Translations under genes and position numbers: made by a program
Origin: Candidatus Iainarchaeum sp.
Lineage (GTDB): Archaea; Iainarchaeota; Iainarchaeia; Iainarchaeales; 0-14-0-20-30-16
NCBI GenBank assembly: GCA_903916665.1
Contig: CAIWXP010000075.1
Location: 1-5,967, forward strand
Direction of reading: 5' to 3'
DNA length: 5,967 nucleotides
Notes under the pieces: model-generated
Told to the model about the DNA's origin: nothing
Databases searched by the model: none
What the model saw: the letters and a program-made list of their open reading frames with translations, nothing else
In this document: one piece after another, positions 4,848 through 5,967 of the stretch
Layout: each line of letters begins with the position of its first letter
Numbering within the stretch: the stretch's first letter is position 1

Positions 4848-4884
4848 TGTTTGCTAAAACAAAATATATGTTGTGGTGATGGGA

Positions 4885-5040
4885 ATGCCTGTAGAATATA
4901 GTGAATTTAAAGGAAACAAATTAATACAATTATATGCTGAAGCAGATGCAGAAAAGAAATATGCATTTAGTTTTGGAAAAACAAAAGCAAAATTAATAAT
5001 GGAAAATATAAAAGAAATAGAGAAATTTGCTAAGGATTAA
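4885..5040 (+). CDS. Small hypothetical protein (51 aa; 53 aa from the alternative start at 4879)
   Basis: This ORF is below the ORF-track cutoff and was translated by hand: MPVEYSEFKGNKLIQLYAEADAEKKYAFSFGKTKAKLIMENIKEIEKFAKD, with stop TAA at 5038-5040. GGTGAT (4875-4880) lies 4 nt upstream of ATG4885, the same SD-like arrangement as three other genes here. A hairpin plus T6 terminator follows directly. Composition is non-repetitive and coding-like. Confidence 0.5.
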   Translation: MPVEYSEFKGNKLIQLYAEADAEKKYAFSFGKTKAKLIMENIKEIEKFAKD

Positions 5041-5057
5041 ATAAATCCTTATTTTTT
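5031..5057 (+). terminator. Hairpin plus oligo-T terminator
   Basis: TAAGGATT (5031-5038) pairs with AATCCTTA (5044-5051) as an 8-bp stem with loop AAATA. T6 follows at 5052-5057, and more T-rich sequence follows that. Confidence 0.5.
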
Positions 5058-5121
5058 ATTTATTTTATATTTAAAACGTATTTAAACCATTATAACCTTG
5101 GTTTGAGCTAGTTAAACATCA

Positions 5122-5130
5122 TTTTATATA
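5122..5130 (+). promoter_or_regulatory. Candidate TATA box giving a leaderless methyltransferase mRNA
   Basis: TTTTATATA is centred about 26-28 nt upstream of ATG5154. No SD-like GTGAT lies upstream of that ATG. Confidence 0.4.
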
Positions 5131-5153
5131 GTTACTAATTTTATATATTATAT

Positions 5154-5201
5154 ATGCAATCTAAAATGCAATCTAAAATGCAATCTAAAATGCAATCTAA
5201 A
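5154..5201 (+). repeat. Perfect tandem repeat, 4 x 12 bp (ATGCAATCTAAA)
   Basis: The four identical units are at 5154-5165, 5166-5177, 5178-5189 and 5190-5201. They encode MQSK x4, and each unit carries an in-frame ATG. In the register CAATCTAAAATG, a partial fifth unit with one mismatch reaches 5204. Confidence 0.95.
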
Positions 5202-5930
5202 ATAACTAAAAGCTATGATAGTGTTGCTGAGATATTCAATGCTATGCGAAATAAAAAATTAAGTCTTAATGATTTAATAGAATATCCTGGTTTTTTGAAA
5301 TTATTGCCCTCTGTTAAAAATAAAATAGTTTTAGATATTGGTTGTGGTACAGGCGTAATGATAAAAGAGTTAATTAAACGTGGTGCTAAAAAAGTAATTG
5401 GTACAGATTCAAGTAAAGGAATGTTAATTTGTTCTGAAAATAATTTAAAATCTGAGATTATAAAAAAGAAAGTAGAACTATTTGTAGATGACATATCAAA
5501 AACAAAATTAAAAACTAAATTTGATTTAATTACTTGTAGTTTGGTTTTAGATAATGTTGTTGATTTTAAATCAGCAGTAAAAAATATTTCAAAGCTATTA
5601 AATAAAAATGGAATATTTATTTTTTCTGTTCCTTTAGGTTTTGGTTATGTTCTTAAATTTAAAAGAAATAAAGAGGGTATAAAAGTTCCCTGTGGCTATG
5701 AAAGCAATTTTTTTGATACTAAGAAAGTAACTGATAATTGGGATGGTCATAAAGTAGATTTTATTGTAAGGCCAGTTAGTGTTTATATTAATGAATTTGC
5801 AAAAAATGGTTTTTATTTGGAAGAATATTCTGAACCTAAACCAATAAAAGGTGCAATAAAGAAAAAACCAAAGATAATTCATTTTTGTAATATTCCATTT
5901 TGTGTAATTATGAGATTTAGAAAATTGTGA
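5154..5930 (+). CDS. Class I SAM-dependent methyltransferase (Methyltransf_11/25-like)
   Basis: This is a 258-aa ORF. Motif I, VLDIGCGTG (nt 5328-5354), is followed by an acidic residue at the end of beta-2 (VIGTDSS). It has the N-terminal YDSVAEIF pattern typical of this family and a post-motif FDLITCSLVLDNV. The stop is TGA at 5928-5930. Which of the four repeat ATGs is the true start is uncertain. Confidence 0.9.
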   Translation: MQSKMQSKMQSKMQSKITKSYDSVAEIFNAMRNKKLSLNDLIEYPGFLKLLPSVKNKIVLDIGCGTGVMIKELIKRGAKKVIGTDSSKGMLICSENNLKSEIIKKKVELFVDDISKTKLKTKFDLITCSLVLDNVVDFKSAVKNISKLLNKNGIFIFSVPLGFGYVLKFKRNKEGIKVPCGYESNFFDTKKVTDNWDGHKVDFIVRPVSVYINEFAKNGFYLEEYSEPKPIKGAIKKKPKIIHFCNIPFCVIMRFRKL

Positions 5931-5935
5931 TATTT

Positions 5936-5967
5936 ATGTCAGATCTAGTTGAATTAAAAAAACTTTA
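5936..5967 (+). CDS. 5' end of a downstream gene (partial, runs off the window)
   Basis: ATG at 5936 opens MSDLVELKKL... GTGAT (5927-5931) lies 4 nt upstream and overlaps the methyltransferase stop, matching the SD-like pattern of the other internal genes. Only 10 codons are visible. Confidence 0.4.
   Translation, partial: MSDLVELKKL

Noticed and set aside
4475-4860. tRNA genes as integration sites of a mobile element
   Set aside because: No duplicated tRNA 3'-end segment (att-like direct repeat), integrase or transposase ORF is visible in the window. The flanking genes are housekeeping-type.
4868-4879. ATG at 4868 as a gene start after tRNA-Pro
   Set aside because: It reads ATG TTG TGG TGA, only three codons before a stop. 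The GGTGAT inside it fits better as the SD-like element for ATG4885.
5213-5882. Minus-strand ORFs 5213-5494 (93 aa) and 5634-5882 (82 aa)
   Set aside because: Both are antisense to the methyltransferase gene, which carries clear SAM-binding motifs. Their products are Phe/Ile/Asn-rich shadow-frame sequences.

Overview
The window is strongly AT-rich and looks archaeal, probably from a small-genome DPANN-like lineage. That assignment is inferred from the RNA genes and promoter and SD-like signals, not from any search. Left to right: (1) A 469-aa orphan ORF on the + strand with a Cys-rich C-terminal half. Its frame stays open to the left edge of the window. (2) A convergent minus-strand operon. 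It encodes a class II lysyl-tRNA synthetase carrying an unusual C-terminal HD-superfamily hydrolase domain as one 711-aa ORF, followed 10 nt later by a divergent SlyD-like FKBP. (3) A ~780-bp RNA-gene island (4101-4878). It holds a textbook archaeal C/D box sRNA with 12-nt guides, tRNA-Ser(UGA), tRNA-Pro(UGG) and several repeated hairpin modules. (4) A 51-aa ORF directly downstream of tRNA-Pro, ending in a hairpin plus T6 terminator. (5) A class I SAM-dependent methyltransferase whose 5' end is a perfect 4 x 12-bp tandem repeat, each unit carrying an in-frame ATG. (6) The first 10 codons of a further gene. The observations most worth follow-up are the LysRS-HD fusion, the C/D sRNA and a cis site complementary to its D' guide, a co-varying three-tract module found 3 nt after two unrelated RNA genes, the structured flanks of tRNA-Pro, and the ATG-bearing tandem repeat. 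All family assignments rest on motifs read by eye. No database search was possible.
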